Of a stretch of DNA of 64,000 bases, positions 29,891 to 40,600 are shown in pieces. The notes under the pieces were generated by a model. That model ran no database searches. It saw only the letters and a program-made list of their open reading frames with translations, and was not told the origin of the DNA. The stretch lies in the NCBI GenBank assembly GCA_963832745.1, contig CAWHVC010000002.1, forward strand, positions 288,001 to 352,000. The letters are read 5' to 3'. Positions within the stretch are counted from its first letter, which is position 1, and every line of letters begins with the position of its first letter. Both the position numbers and the translations under genes were made by a program. Source of the stretch: Candidatus Bathyarchaeota archaeon. GTDB lineage: Archaea > Thermoproteota > Bathyarchaeia > Bathyarchaeales > Bathycorpusculaceae.

Positions 29891-30361
29891 TTAACATTGT
29901 TTTACTCTGAATTTCTTTGCTGCCAAAGCCGTTGTTACGAGTTCTCTGATTTCATCTGGTAATTGGTTTTCTTGCCATTTGCGTTCATTATCCACTGGTT
30001 TACCTGCGGTTTTAACAGCTTTTAATGCATACCAAGCTGCTCCTAATGAGTGATCAGCCATGTGAGATGCTGCAACAGTTTGCCCAACGCTTCGAGCTAC
30101 TGCGAGAGCTAATGGGTCAGTTAATTCTTTTGCTAACGCAATTATATCGTAAGCTGCTTTTCTTGCGTCGCCAACTGTAGCTTTTCCCTGTTTCCAAGCT
30201 TCAGCCACTTTTAACGCGTTTAGCATCAGTTCATCAGGTTTATCTCCATAGAGGGGTAACACGTGTTGGGAACAGTTGATTGCCCATTGGATTAGTTGTC
30301 GGTGCTGCTCTAATTTTAATTGTCCTCCGCGGTGTTCGGTTATGAATCTTTTATCTCTCAT
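29891..30361 (-). CDS. Imm5-like putative immunity-family protein
   Basis: WAINCSQHVL...VGDARKAA...ARSVGQTVAASHMADHSLGAAWYALKAV...ERKWQ. Confidence 0.7.
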   Translation of the reverse strand: MRDKRFITEHRGGQLKLEQHRQLIQWAINCSQHVLPLYGDKPDELMLNALKVAEAWKQGKATVGDARKAAYDIIALAKELTDPLALAVARSVGQTVAASHMADHSLGAAWYALKAVKTAGKPVDNERKWQENQLPDEIRELVTTALAAKKFRVKQC

Positions 30362-30524
30362 TTTCGTTCTCTGCCTTCTTAGTAGCTTGGTTATGTTGTA
30401 GAAAGGTTAATATGTTGTATTTGATTATACTGTACTATTACAAATAAGCTGTTTCTCTATAGTTTAACCAAAACTAACGTTACATGCTAAATTGTATACA
30501 AGCAAAAAATAAGGAGGCCACTTA

Positions 30525-30722
30525 ATGAAAAATTCAGCATCGATACTGTTCCGTTGTCCCCAATGCCGTGAACGCTTCGAGTTTGACTTAATTGGAGAAT
30601 TCGAGTTTGTTTCCTGTCCAGTCTGCGAAACAAACTGCGTCACAGTCAAAAAAGGCAACAAGCTACAGCTTCAAACCTTTAGCGAAAGCCAAAATAGCCA
30701 AGAACCAGTAATTCTTGCCTAA
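30525..30722 (+). CDS. Small Zn-ribbon protein (LysW-like fold, no EDWGE tail)
   Basis: CPQC...CPVC; GGAGG SD upstream. Confidence 0.65.
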   Translation: MKNSASILFRCPQCRERFEFDLIGEFEFVSCPVCETNCVTVKKGNKLQLQTFSESQNSQEPVILA

Positions 30723-30797
30723 ACACGCTTTAAGCCCTTTTTGGGCAACAAGACTTTTTGTTTAATCTTTTTTTGTTAGCTTGCTCCTTGCCCTTTA

Positions 30798-32642
30798 ATG
30801 AAGCATAAATCCAAAATAAGACAGCTTACACTATCCACAAGAGGAACAGTGACTTTGAGCACACAGCAAGTAACATGGGATTTAACTGAACTTTTTTCTG
30901 GCATAAATGACCCCAAAATTAGTCAAGCAATCACAGAAGCCACCGCGATGGCCACCAGTTTTGAACAAAAATACCGTGGAAAAATCATTAGTCTGACCCC
31001 TGACGGCTTATTCGGCTGTCTACAGGAAATTGAATTGTTTAACCAAAAATTTAGCGACGTCGGTCTTTATTCTGGTTTAGCGTTTGCGGCTAACATGACT
31101 TTGCCTCAGACACAAGCGTTAAATGACAAAATTAACAAGCTGGACGCCCAAATCAGCAAGCAACTTGCGTTTTACCGTCTTGAATTAGGTGCATTATTGA
31201 AGAGTAAGCCCGAGTTTATCTGTAATCCCGTGTTAGCTAATTATCGGCACATGTTGGAGCGGGTTTATCGCCGTGTCGAGCATCAATTGTCTGAGGTTGA
31301 AGAGCAGCTGATTATTGAGAAGGACCAGTTTGGCGTTAACGCTTGGGAAGAACTGCAAAGCAAATGGTTAAACACGCGCACCTTCGAAGTCACCGTATTG
31401 GGCGAAAAAAAGACCCTAAGCTATGGCGAAGCTAACGGATTATTGCCACACCCTGACCGTGCCACACGCGAATCAGTCAATCGCTCAATCTACGGATTGC
31501 TGGGCAAGGATGGTGAAGTCTTCTCAGCCGCGCTCCGAAGCATATGTAATGACTGGGTAACAGTTTCTAAACGCAGAAAATACGCTACCCCCATGGAAGC
31601 TAGCCTAATCAACAACGATACAGAACAATCAATAATCGACAACCTGCTCGTCAGTATTGAAGAAGGCTCAAAAACCTATCGCAGCTACCTCAAAATGAAA
31701 GCTAAACTAATGAATCTGCCCGTGCTAGGAAACCATGACATCGTGGCGCCGCTTCCAGATTCACCTGAACTCAAATTCACTTATCAGCAAGCTCAAGACC
31801 TAATTGTCCGTGCATACAGCCGTTTCGACACAGGCTACGCCGAGGCTGTTAAGGAAATGTTTACAAAACGCCACATAGACGCAACTCCACGCTACGGCAA
31901 AAGAAACGGGGCCTTTTGCGCAAACTATTACAACGGCAAATCAGCCTACATACTGCAAAGCTTCAATGGCACCCTAAGCGACGTCTTCACTTTAGCACAC
32001 GAGTTGGGGCACGCAACACATGACTGGTACATGGCACGCAGTCAAACACCCCTAAACGCAAGTGCGCCTTCAATTGTAGCAGAAACCGCATCTATCTTTG
32101 GCGAGTTGCTCTTGACAGACCTTCTTTTAGCTGAAGCTAAGTCTGATGCAGAACGTAAAGCTGTGCTCTGTCTGGTTTTGGATGAAGTGGGCATGACGGC
32201 CTTCCAAGTAACTGCCCGAGTATGGTTTGAACAAGCACTTTACAAATCAATTGAGCAGGACGAATTTTTAGAATACAAAACGATTTGCAATCACTGGACC
32301 GCGGCTCGAGACCGCATTTTCGGCGACGCCGTCACTTGGTTCCCCGAGATGGAAGCGGAATGGACTATGAAGCCGCATTATTACATGGCAAACTACCGCT
32401 TCTACAATTACCCCTATGTGTACGCGCAAATGTTCGTCTACTCTCTATATGAACGGTATTTGGTAGAGGGTAAAGCGTTTGTTCCAAAACTTAAAGCGGC
32501 TCTTTCAGCCGGCAGCAGCGTGTCGCCCTTAGAAATTGGGCAAATCGTAGGCTTAAATCCTAAAGCGTCAGATTTCTGGAAAGGCGGCTTAAAAGTGTTC
32601 GAACGTTTCATCGCTGACTTAGAAAAACTGGTCCAGCGGTGA
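30798..32642 (+). CDS. pepF: Oligoendopeptidase F (peptidase M3B); start may lie slightly downstream
   Basis: WDLTELF, GKRNGAFC, HELGH, AETAS, FYNYPY. Confidence 0.92.
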   Translation: MKHKSKIRQLTLSTRGTVTLSTQQVTWDLTELFSGINDPKISQAITEATAMATSFEQKYRGKIISLTPDGLFGCLQEIELFNQKFSDVGLYSGLAFAANMTLPQTQALNDKINKLDAQISKQLAFYRLELGALLKSKPEFICNPVLANYRHMLERVYRRVEHQLSEVEEQLIIEKDQFGVNAWEELQSKWLNTRTFEVTVLGEKKTLSYGEANGLLPHPDRATRESVNRSIYGLLGKDGEVFSAALRSICNDWVTVSKRRKYATPMEASLINNDTEQSIIDNLLVSIEEGSKTYRSYLKMKAKLMNLPVLGNHDIVAPLPDSPELKFTYQQAQDLIVRAYSRFDTGYAEAVKEMFTKRHIDATPRYGKRNGAFCANYYNGKSAYILQSFNGTLSDVFTLAHELGHATHDWYMARSQTPLNASAPSIVAETASIFGELLLTDLLLAEAKSDAERKAVLCLVLDEVGMTAFQVTARVWFEQALYKSIEQDEFLEYKTICNHWTAARDRIFGDAVTWFPEMEAEWTMKPHYYMANYRFYNYPYVYAQMFVYSLYERYLVEGKAFVPKLKAALSAGSSVSPLEIGQIVGLNPKASDFWKGGLKVFERFIADLEKLVQR

Positions 32643-32647
32643 AGCAC

Positions 32648-33454
32648 TCACAACTTTTTTCCACACCTTACACAATAAACCCCATCCGAACTTATCTCTG
32701 CACCACAGTAAGGACAAGATTTTATTTGCCCAGTTGCCTGCATTGAGAAGCCTGTTGATGACGAAACAATCGGCGTCGGCGGTTCAGGCATTTTAAAGAA
32801 TGCTTTTGCCAGAATCACCCAAGCAATATACTGTACTACACCTCCTGGGACAAAAACCAAGCTATAAGCGTCAACAGTTGCCGTATTAAATGACGCCCAA
32901 AAAACAAAAACTATTCCAGCAACAATTTGCACTATTGCCCCTGTCAAAAACACTTTTGCGGCAGTTTTAAACAGGTTAACCTGCGATTTAGCAGCCAACA
33001 AGTTTAACGCCAGCACATCAAATACGATGTTTATTAAGCCTATGAATCCGAAAACTACTATAAACGGCGACATAAATGCAATCATGGCAGACGTAATTTG
33101 CTCTGTTGCTTGAAGGTTCGGGTACATGCTCATGAAGTTCCCGAAAAAGAACACAAACATGACTGACGTAGCCACAATGGCTGCTACAATGGCTATGATG
33201 ATGCCGTAAAGAACGTAATCGAATATGCGGTGTTCATTGTAAACTTTTGAGATGCCGTACATTGCAATAAAAAAGAGAATGAACCCTACAAGCGCTATTA
33301 CACTTATGACACCGCTTATTGAAGTGATGGCAGCGTTGAATATTGCAGAATTTGGGATGACATAGCGGGTAACCGTTAGTATGGATGATATTACGCCAAG
33401 CACAATTAATACGGCGCCAACACCACCTAACGTCTTGTTGGTTTGAAGGGACAT
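32648..33454 (-). CDS. DUF996-like membrane protein with C-terminal zinc ribbon
   Basis: KTLGGVGAVL start, multiple TMs, CPYCG...CVRCG. Confidence 0.75.
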   Translation of the reverse strand: MSLQTNKTLGGVGAVLIVLGVISSILTVTRYVIPNSAIFNAAITSISGVISVIALVGFILFFIAMYGISKVYNEHRIFDYVLYGIIIAIVAAIVATSVMFVFFFGNFMSMYPNLQATEQITSAMIAFMSPFIVVFGFIGLINIVFDVLALNLLAAKSQVNLFKTAAKVFLTGAIVQIVAGIVFVFWASFNTATVDAYSLVFVPGGVVQYIAWVILAKAFFKMPEPPTPIVSSSTGFSMQATGQIKSCPYCGAEISSDGVYCVRCGKKL

Positions 33455-33522
33455 TTTTACCGTTGTCTATTATTCTTGGTTTAAGAGATAAATTTTTGCA
33501 AAAAAGGGTTGCCTTGCCTTAA

Positions 33523-33984
33523 TCATTGGTCTGAATTTTTCTCTTTTGACGCTTTTTTAGAGCAGCTGTCACATAAACCATAAACTTCAACTCTAACTAA
33601 CTCGACCAAAAATTTAGTGCCAACGATTCCATTTTTTATGTGCATTTTCAAATCTGGAGGCGAGAAATCCTGGATTTTCTGGCATTTTGTGCAAATCAAG
33701 TTCACGTGGGGCGTAGGGTTTGGGTCAAATCTTGTTTCGCCTTGAGGCATGTTTAGTTCTTGGATTAACTGGTTTTCTTTTAGTATGTGCAAGGTTTTGT
33801 AGACTGTTGACAGACTTACTGTTGGGTAGGTTTTTTTGACTTCTGTGTAAATTTTTTCTACGTTCGGGTGTTCTTTGTTGTTTAAGGCTATTTTGCAGAC
33901 TGCTATTCTTTGTGGGGTGGCTTTGTAGCCTTTGCTTCGGAGTGCTTGAATAATTATGGTGTCTTTTTTGTTGCCTTTCAGCAT
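33523..33984 (-). CDS. Fur/PerR-family transcriptional regulator
   Basis: TPQR, HP, STVYKTL, HVNLICTKC, CDSC; divergent from peroxiredoxin. Confidence 0.92.
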   Translation of the reverse strand: MLKGNKKDTIIIQALRSKGYKATPQRIAVCKIALNNKEHPNVEKIYTEVKKTYPTVSLSTVYKTLHILKENQLIQELNMPQGETRFDPNPTPHVNLICTKCQKIQDFSPPDLKMHIKNGIVGTKFLVELVRVEVYGLCDSCSKKASKEKNSDQ

Positions 33985-33996
33985 AGCAGTATTAGG

Positions 33997-34011
33997 TAAT
34001 AATAATTCTTA
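33997..34011. promoter_or_regulatory. Candidate Per/Fur box
   Basis: TAATAAT-A-ATTCTTA, a 7-1-7 inverted repeat with one mismatch, between the Fur-family gene and prx. Confidence 0.55.
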
Positions 34012-34061
34012 AATAAGGTTCTGATTTACCTTTAACTGTAAATTTTTGATAGGTGAAATAA

Positions 34062-34721
34062 ATGGCAGAAATAAAAACGCAAGAGACAACAACTTTTCCA
34101 GTACTGGGACAAAAAGCTCCAGATTTTGAGGCATTAACAACCCAAGGTACCCTACGGCTTTCTGATTACAAAGGTACATGGCTTATTCTGTTCTCGCACC
34201 CAGCCGACTTCACGCCAGTGTGCACAACGGAATTCATGGCTTTTTCAGAGATATATGAAGACCTCAAAAAAAGAAACACAGAACTTTTAGGCTTAAGCGT
34301 TGACAGCGTCTCCTCACACATTGCCTGGATAAGAAACATAGAAGAAAAAATGGGCGTAAAAATCCCTTTCCCAATCATAGCAGACCTAAACAAAGAAGTA
34401 GCCAAAAAATTTGGCATGCTCCACCCAGAACAAAGCAAAACTGAAACCGTCCGCTGTGTCTTTATAATTGACCCCGAAAGCAAAATTCGTACAATGCTCT
34501 ACTACCCAATGTCAACTGGTCGAAACATGCAAGAAATCCTTCGCTTAGTTGATGCGTTGCAAACAACCGATAAATACAAAGTAGCGACGCCAGCCAACTG
34601 GAAACCAGGCGAACCCGTAGTAGTTCCACCACCCGTAACCATTGAACAAGTAGATGAACGCCTCAAAGAAGGCTACGAATGCAAAGACTGGTACCTCTGC
34701 AAGAAAAAACTGCCGAGTTGA
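34062..34721 (+). CDS. Peroxiredoxin (Prx6/archaeal type)
   Basis: [27 protein letters not shown]. Confidence 0.95.
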   Translation: MAEIKTQETTTFPVLGQKAPDFEALTTQGTLRLSDYKGTWLILFSHPADFTPVCTTEFMAFSEIYEDLKKRNTELLGLSVDSVSSHIAWIRNIEEKMGVKIPFPIIADLNKEVAKKFGMLHPEQSKTETVRCVFIIDPESKIRTMLYYPMSTGRNMQEILRLVDALQTTDKYKVATPANWKPGEPVVVPPPVTIEQVDERLKEGYECKDWYLCKKKLPS

Positions 34722-34727
34722 GTTGTC

Positions 34728-34946
34728 ATGCCGTGTGTTTCTCCAGACGGAAAACCAACAGCAACCGGACTTAACACACTAAAAGCGCTAAAAGACGGCA
34801 GCCTGTCTCCTGAAGTAGTTTCAGGCAAGATAGGCCAACCCCTTTTTCGTGTTAGAAGTGGTCTTAGAGACCTCAAAAACGCTGGCTTTGTAGAAGAAGA
34901 CGGCGAAAAATTTTCCCTTACAGAAAAAGGCAAAGCAATAACATAG
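34728..34946 (+). CDS. Small winged-helix-like protein
   Basis: MPCVSPDGKPT start; PLFRVRSGLRDL...FSLTEKG. Confidence 0.7.
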   Translation: MPCVSPDGKPTATGLNTLKALKDGSLSPEVVSGKIGQPLFRVRSGLRDLKNAGFVEEDGEKFSLTEKGKAIT

Positions 34947-35052
34947 TAAAATGGAACGACTTGGGTTTGCATCAAAATGCAACACAAGGCTTGTTTAAGC
35001 TTAAAACAAAAACTTGGTGCTGTCTCGTTTTTCTTTTTTTGTTAGCTCTCTT

Positions 35053-36063
35053 TTAGATATTGCTGCCTATTCTCAGTTTATCCACTTCAGAGCGGTTAGG
35101 AATCTCAACCACTATTGACTTATCCAGTGCGTCTCTGCCATAGTTAACTTTAACTTTATCCAGTTTAGCATCCGAATAAAACGCCGTTAACTGAGCAGCT
35201 GTCTGAATAGCCTTCTTAGTCTTAGCACCCTGCAGAATAGTTATTGGCCCAACAATATCCGGTAACTCAAAATAGTACTCGCCTTTTGTTTTTCGAGATA
35301 CCAGAAACTTGTTTTCTGCCTCTTTACGTCCAACAATGAATTTGTTTTCGCCAAGTCGGAAATGTCTACCAAATCGTAACAGCACAGCGTCAGCGCCTGA
35401 AACGTTTTTCTTGTGCTCAAATAGGTCACGCAGTTTCTTGGAGTATTCCTCACAAGTTAACAGGCAACCACCAGCTGGGGAACAGTACGTTGTGATGCCA
35501 AATTCTTTGGCAAGTTGAAGTTGAGGTTTGCGTGAACGACCTGAAATTGCTAAAAGTTTGTTACGGTCAACTAAGCCCTTGCGTTCAGCTACTGTTTCAG
35601 GTAGTAGCTTAGCGGACAAGGGACGTAATAGTTTGCCTTTTAAGCCAGCTTCTTCCTCGATGGTTCTAAGAGCTGGACCATGCTGGGACATTGGTCTTTC
35701 GCCGAGCACTTCGCCAGTGAAAAGAAAGTCTGCGCCGATTTCTTTGGCGTATTTGACTGCTTGTTTTAGGATGAAAATTTTGCAGTCCACACAGGGGTTG
35801 ATGTTTTTGCCGTAGCCATGCTTGGGGCTTCTGAGCATACGGATGTAGTCTTTATCGACGGTGACCACTTTTAAGGGTATTTTTAGTTGTTTTATGGCTG
35901 CCTCTGCTTCACTTACGCCATCCTTTTTAGGAATGCCAAACGGTGTTTTCACGTTAAACGCGCTGACTTCTATGCCTTGATTTAGAATAATTTTTGTTGC
36001 AAGAATGCTGTCTAAGCCGCCCGAAAATAGTGAGATGGCTTTAACGTGAGTCATTTGTAGCAT
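35053..36063 (-). CDS. ThiI/MnmA-related PP-loop tRNA thiolation-type enzyme
   Basis: SGGLDS, NPCVDCK, TGEVLGERPMSQ, SPAGGCLLT, GRHFRL. Confidence 0.8.
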   Translation of the reverse strand: MLQMTHVKAISLFSGGLDSILATKIILNQGIEVSAFNVKTPFGIPKKDGVSEAEAAIKQLKIPLKVVTVDKDYIRMLRSPKHGYGKNINPCVDCKIFILKQAVKYAKEIGADFLFTGEVLGERPMSQHGPALRTIEEEAGLKGKLLRPLSAKLLPETVAERKGLVDRNKLLAISGRSRKPQLQLAKEFGITTYCSPAGGCLLTCEEYSKKLRDLFEHKKNVSGADAVLLRFGRHFRLGENKFIVGRKEAENKFLVSRKTKGEYYFELPDIVGPITILQGAKTKKAIQTAAQLTAFYSDAKLDKVKVNYGRDALDKSIVVEIPNRSEVDKLRIGSNI

Positions 36064-36279
36064 AGATTTCTTAGAGGAAGATAATAATGTACCGCTGAAA
36101 ACATAAACATCGTTACGACTGTAAACCGAATCTGCAAATCACGTTTGTTGACTTTTTTAACGTTTGCTTGTAATTACAGTAAAGGAGAGTTTGATATTTT
36201 TGTAAAACGGTATTTAGCCACAAAACATAAAAACAATTAAGTTCTATCGAAAACAAAAAGTGTTTAAGGACATGATCTC

Positions 36280-37623
36280 TTGGTTGTTGAATCGGAAAAA
36301 ATCCTTAGTTACCAGTTTTACTTGGCAAAAAAACTGAATAAATGTGTCACTTCTGTCGAATGGCGGGATTATAAGTGGCAACTTGATAATTCAATAAAAA
36401 GTATTGAATCTTTTGAAAATTTTACAGGAATAGTATTTATAGAAAATGAAAGAAAAGAACTTCAAAAAACAATCGATAAATTTCCGTTAAGCATCACACC
36501 GTATTACGCTTCTTTAATTGAAAAAGAAAACTACCAAAATGATCCAATATTCAAACAGGCTTTTCCCAGCCCAGCTGAATTAAAAATTTCCCAGTTCGAC
36601 ATGAAAGACCCATTGCATGAGGATAAGGATAGCCCAACTAAAGGCTTAACTCACCGCTATCCTGACAGAGTACTATTTTTGGTCAGCAACCGGTGTGCAA
36701 TGTACTGTAGGCATTGTACAAGAAAAAGAAAAGTCGGCGATCCAGACCATATACCTTCCAAAGAACAGATTCTTGCCGGAATCAATTACATCAAAGGTAA
36801 TAATAAAATTCGAGATGTCCTGCTTTCCGGCGGAGACCCCTTGCTGCTTCCCGATGATTACTTAGATTGGATTTTAACTGAACTAAACAGTATTCCTCAC
36901 GTAGAGGTTGTACGTATTGGCACTAGAACGCCTGTTGTTCTTCCTTACCGAATAACTTCTGAATTAGTTGAAATACTGAAAAAACATCACCCATTATGGA
37001 TAAACACGCATTTTAACCATCCAAGAGAACTTACGCCCTCTGCACGGGCTGCTCTAAGAAAACTTGCTGACGCCGGTATACCATTAGGAAACCAGTCCGT
37101 GCTACTTGCAGGCGTTAATGATTGCCCTCAAATAATGAAAAAGCTTAACCAGAAACTGGTCCAAAACAGGGTACGACCGTATTACCTGTTTCAATGTGAC
37201 CTTTCTGAAGGATTGACTCATTTCCGGACATCTATCGGGAAAGGCATTGAAATCATGGAAAGCCTTGTGGGTCACACCAGCGGGTTTGCAGTGCCTACAT
37301 ATGTTATTGATGCGCCTGGTGGGGGTGGTAAGATTCCTGTTATGCCCAACTACATTATTTCATGGTCTACAAACAAGGTGATTCTAAGAAATTATGAAGG
37401 CGTTATTACAAAATACAAGGAGCCAGACGATTACAAGTCGGTACAATGTAACAGGGACTGCGAAAAATGTACTTTGCAATTGCAATTGTTAGAGGACGAA
37501 AAAACTTTGGTGGGCATTGAGAAGCTGCTTACTGACGATAACAAAGTAGTATCGCTTATACCTGATGGAAACATGCGTTTAGAGCGGCGAAATGAAACTG
37601 AAAATAGTGGTTCAAATGCTTAA
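36280..37623 (+). CDS. ablA: Lysine 2,3-aminomutase (radical SAM, KamA/AblA)
   Basis: [44 protein letters not shown]. Confidence 0.9.
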   Translation: MVVESEKILSYQFYLAKKLNKCVTSVEWRDYKWQLDNSIKSIESFENFTGIVFIENERKELQKTIDKFPLSITPYYASLIEKENYQNDPIFKQAFPSPAELKISQFDMKDPLHEDKDSPTKGLTHRYPDRVLFLVSNRCAMYCRHCTRKRKVGDPDHIPSKEQILAGINYIKGNNKIRDVLLSGGDPLLLPDDYLDWILTELNSIPHVEVVRIGTRTPVVLPYRITSELVEILKKHHPLWINTHFNHPRELTPSARAALRKLADAGIPLGNQSVLLAGVNDCPQIMKKLNQKLVQNRVRPYYLFQCDLSEGLTHFRTSIGKGIEIMESLVGHTSGFAVPTYVIDAPGGGGKIPVMPNYIISWSTNKVILRNYEGVITKYKEPDDYKSVQCNRDCEKCTLQLQLLEDEKTLVGIEKLLTDDNKVVSLIPDGNMRLERRNETENSGSNA

Positions 37624-38125
37624 AGCCGCTTCAAAAAAACAGTTTAACCTGAGAAACCTGTCTGAAAAGGATGTGCCTGAAGTTTACAGGTTACTGGTTG
37701 CCAACAGGCCATATGTCGGTTTAAATTCACGTTACACATATTTTCTTTTAGCCAAAGATTTCTCAGAAACCTGTTTTGTTGCTGAGCACGAAAACAAAGT
37801 TGTAGCTTTTTCTTCTGGATATGTTCCCCCTCAAAGGAAGGACACTTTTTTTAACTGGGAAATAGTTGTCCAAAAAGAATACCGTGGTAACGGTCTTCAA
37901 AAACTTTTGTTGCTTCACCAAATAAAAATGGCTGATGCAAAATATTTTGAAGGCACGATTAACCCGTCAAATGACGTTTCCCGAAAGAATTACATTCAAC
38001 TTTCAGAATTGCTTAACGCAAAATATGAAGAGAAAATTTTTCTTACTGTTGAGGACTTTGAAAATGATGGTCATGAAACTGAAATTCTTTTCAGAATCGG
38101 TCCAATGGAAAAAAATTTTCATTAA
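37592..38125 (+). CDS. EctA-like GNAT N-acetyltransferase (possible start ATG 37616)
   Basis: [24 protein letters not shown]...[28 protein letters not shown] resemble diaminobutyrate acetyltransferase EctA. Confidence 0.8.
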   Translation: MKLKIVVQMLKAASKKQFNLRNLSEKDVPEVYRLLVANRPYVGLNSRYTYFLLAKDFSETCFVAEHENKVVAFSSGYVPPQRKDTFFNWEIVVQKEYRGNGLQKLLLLHQIKMADAKYFEGTINPSNDVSRKNYIQLSELLNAKYEEKIFLTVEDFENDGHETEILFRIGPMEKNFH

Positions 38126-38287
38126 ATCGGTTGTTAAAACAATTGATGTTTTGTCTCCAAGCCTGATAAGTCATTTGTCAAATGTTAAGCGATTCTCTGT
38201 CTTCTAAGCTTTTTCTAGAATAATTAATAAGCTTAAATGATAATACTGGCTGACAAAATACCGAGCATTTAGAGAGGAGGGTTTGGG

Positions 38288-39397
38288 TTGCCTGACATAA
38301 GTATCTTCATTCCGGTTTACAAGGAGTCAAGCGAATTAGGCAGCACCTTGAACAGCCTGCTTGCGCAAGATGTTGAAAAAGAAATTTTTGTAACCGTTGA
38401 CGAAGCAACCCCCCAGTTCATTGAAGAATCCAAACAGTATGACAGCAAAGTTACGTTCATCTTTAACAAAGAACGCACTGGAAAAGCAAACGCTTTAAAC
38501 GAAACCGTGAAATACTCAACGGGCAATGCCCTGCTTTTTCTAGATTCAGATGTTATGATTTCTGAAGATTCTGATTTTCTGAAAAAAATCATAATGGATC
38601 TGCAACATTCCGATGTTTTGGACATTAAAAAATGTGTAGTTAAGGGCAAATCTTTCCTCTCTAAAATGGCGTATTATGAATACTTCACTTTTAACGTGAG
38701 TTCATGGATTGCCGACCACTTAATGCATAAATGTCCTGCTGTGAACGGCGCCGCTTTTGCGATTAAACGTGGGGTCTTTGAAAAAATTGGTGGTTTCCAT
38801 AAAGTTGTCGCTGAAGACATCGACATAGCAACTCGAGCGTTTTTGGCTAACAGCAGTTTTTCTTACACGTCTGATGTTGAAGTAAAAAACGTTGTACACT
38901 CTGACTGGAAAAAATGGTTTAATCAACGCCGAAGATGGGCAATTGGTCAAGCGTTATGGCTTAAAACTTGGTGTGTGGCGTTAACTAAAAAATTTGCCAA
39001 GAAACCCCAAGTTTTCCTGCCCGGCTTATTCTTCTTGTACCCGTCAATAACCGTTTTCTTGTTAAGCGCTCTCCTGCCCAGCCTTTGGATGTATAACTCA
39101 ATGCTTGTCTTCTCAGTGTTCCTATCCGTAAGATTCAACATTATTTTGCCCGTCTTTTTGGTTTCTTTGGCGATGGCAGATGTACTTAAAATAGTTGCTA
39201 TTTCGCTGGCTAGCTTTGGAATCACTGCTGCCGTGTTTTACGGTTTTTCAAGAAAACTCGGATTTAGAGAGCTTAAAGTGCACGAGTTTTTCGCTTACTA
39301 CTTCTTTTACTCAACTATATGGATGCTAATCATCGTGATTGGGCATATTCAGGTGCTCTTGTTGGGTAAGAAAGCTGGGCCCGACTGGAAAACTTAA
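38288..39397 (+). CDS. GT2 family membrane glycosyltransferase
   Basis: IPVYKE, GKANALN, DSD, AED, QRRRW, C-terminal TMs. Confidence 0.9.
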   Translation: MPDISIFIPVYKESSELGSTLNSLLAQDVEKEIFVTVDEATPQFIEESKQYDSKVTFIFNKERTGKANALNETVKYSTGNALLFLDSDVMISEDSDFLKKIIMDLQHSDVLDIKKCVVKGKSFLSKMAYYEYFTFNVSSWIADHLMHKCPAVNGAAFAIKRGVFEKIGGFHKVVAEDIDIATRAFLANSSFSYTSDVEVKNVVHSDWKKWFNQRRRWAIGQALWLKTWCVALTKKFAKKPQVFLPGLFFLYPSITVFLLSALLPSLWMYNSMLVFSVFLSVRFNIILPVFLVSLAMADVLKIVAISLASFGITAAVFYGFSRKLGFRELKVHEFFAYYFFYSTIWMLIIVIGHIQVLLLGKKAGPDWKT

Positions 39398-39462
39398 CCT
39401 TAATCTTTCTATTTATTATAGTAAGCCTTAAAACATGAAAGTCTATGTTTATCTTCGAAAGT

Positions 39463-39537
39463 GGGTTGTTAGCTCAGCACGGATAGAGCGCCAGCCTTCT
39501 AAGCTGGAAGTCGAGGGTTCAAATCCCTCACGACCCG
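39463..39537 (+). tRNA. tRNA-Arg(TCT), no intron, CCA not encoded
   Basis: GGGTTGT/ACGACCC acceptor; CCAGC-CTTCTAA-GCTGG; GAGGG-TTCAAAT-CCCTC. Confidence 0.95.
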
Positions 39538-39542
39538 TATAT

Positions 39543-40310
39543 TCACAAATTTACGCCATCAAAATTCTTCAATGCCTGTGTTACCGCTTCTTTTGCCGTT
39601 TTAGCTATTAGTTCACCCATTTTAGTGTGCCCGCCCGTGTAACGTATAGTGTTTTGCTGGTCGGTGCCTGAAACGATAATCATGGTGTCTGTTCCAGTGC
39701 CGGTTGCTTGAAACTGCGGCGACAGCGTGCTCATATAGTCTAAGTCTTGAAGTGCGGCAGTTTTGGCTTCGGTGGCAGTCATTATTGAGCGTGCCATTGC
39801 ACCAGTGGTTAAGGTTGCGTTTGTGAGAAGAAGAATGTTGATTGTGCCTGTTGATAATTCAAAACTTGACTTTGTTTCCACCCAGTTGCCCGAGTCTACG
39901 CCCATACGTAAAGCATTGTTTTTGGCGCCGCCGGTGGCTATGCAGCAAACTTTTAGGTTTTTGTAGGCTTTTTCGCTTAAGGCAAGTTTGCCCATGTCTA
40001 CGCCGGTGCTCATAAAAGTGATTTGGCTTGGTTTGATTCCCAAGGCTAAGGGCAATTGTTTCTCGTATCGCTTGTAGTCTTTGATTGTCATTACAATTTT
40101 TTCCATTTTTGTAGGAATGTAACTGTTGGCCACATAATTGACTTTTTTTAATCCATCCACTGTTGAGAGAACGCTTCTTTTTTCAGTAAAAGCTACAATA
40201 AGGGTGTTGGTTTCTATGTTTTCGTAGGTGTGGTATACAACTTTTGCTTCTATGTTGGGTAACTCAAGCGGTATCTTTTTTTCTTTAAATTTGGTTATGG
40301 CGTCTTTCAT
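39543..40310 (-). CDS. cbiZ: Adenosylcobinamide amidohydrolase
   Basis: ATGGAKNN, GTINI, TATEAKTAAL, ATGTGTD, GGHTKMG; next to a Btu-type ABC system. Confidence 0.87.
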   Translation of the reverse strand: MKDAITKFKEKKIPLELPNIEAKVVYHTYENIETNTLIVAFTEKRSVLSTVDGLKKVNYVANSYIPTKMEKIVMTIKDYKRYEKQLPLALGIKPSQITFMSTGVDMGKLALSEKAYKNLKVCCIATGGAKNNALRMGVDSGNWVETKSSFELSTGTINILLLTNATLTTGAMARSIMTATEAKTAALQDLDYMSTLSPQFQATGTGTDTMIIVSGTDQQNTIRYTGGHTKMGELIAKTAKEAVTQALKNFDGVNL

Positions 40311-40411
40311 TTGTTTGTCTGCCCTTTGGGTTGTTAATACTTATTTGGAGCATCCTATTGAAGTCTTGCTTGAGGCTTAGTTTGTAGGTTTTAACCTATG
40401 GAACTAAATTT

Positions 40412-40600
40412 TAGTCAACTCAAGTTGAATATTTTTAGTTGAATTGGTGTTTGGATAAAAGTTTAAATATTTATAAGGCTGCAAAAAACTTGAAAGTAAT
40501 CTCTCACAGAAACCTTCGTCGCGTTAAGCGTTTGATACGGTGCTAGTGCTTTGTGCATGTTGCTAGAACATGAATTCAATCTGTAGTTAACTCAGGTTAA
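40412..40600. promoter_or_regulatory. Divergent cbiZ/btuF control region with two related palindromes and a TATA-like box
   Basis: TAGTCAACTCAAGTTGA (40412-40428) and TAGTTAACTCAGGTTAA (40584-40600), 14/17 identical; TTTAAATA near 40462. Confidence 0.5.

Noticed and set aside
29891-30361. Polymorphic toxin-immunity locus
   Set aside because: No toxin gene nearby; Imm5-like proteins are often stand-alone
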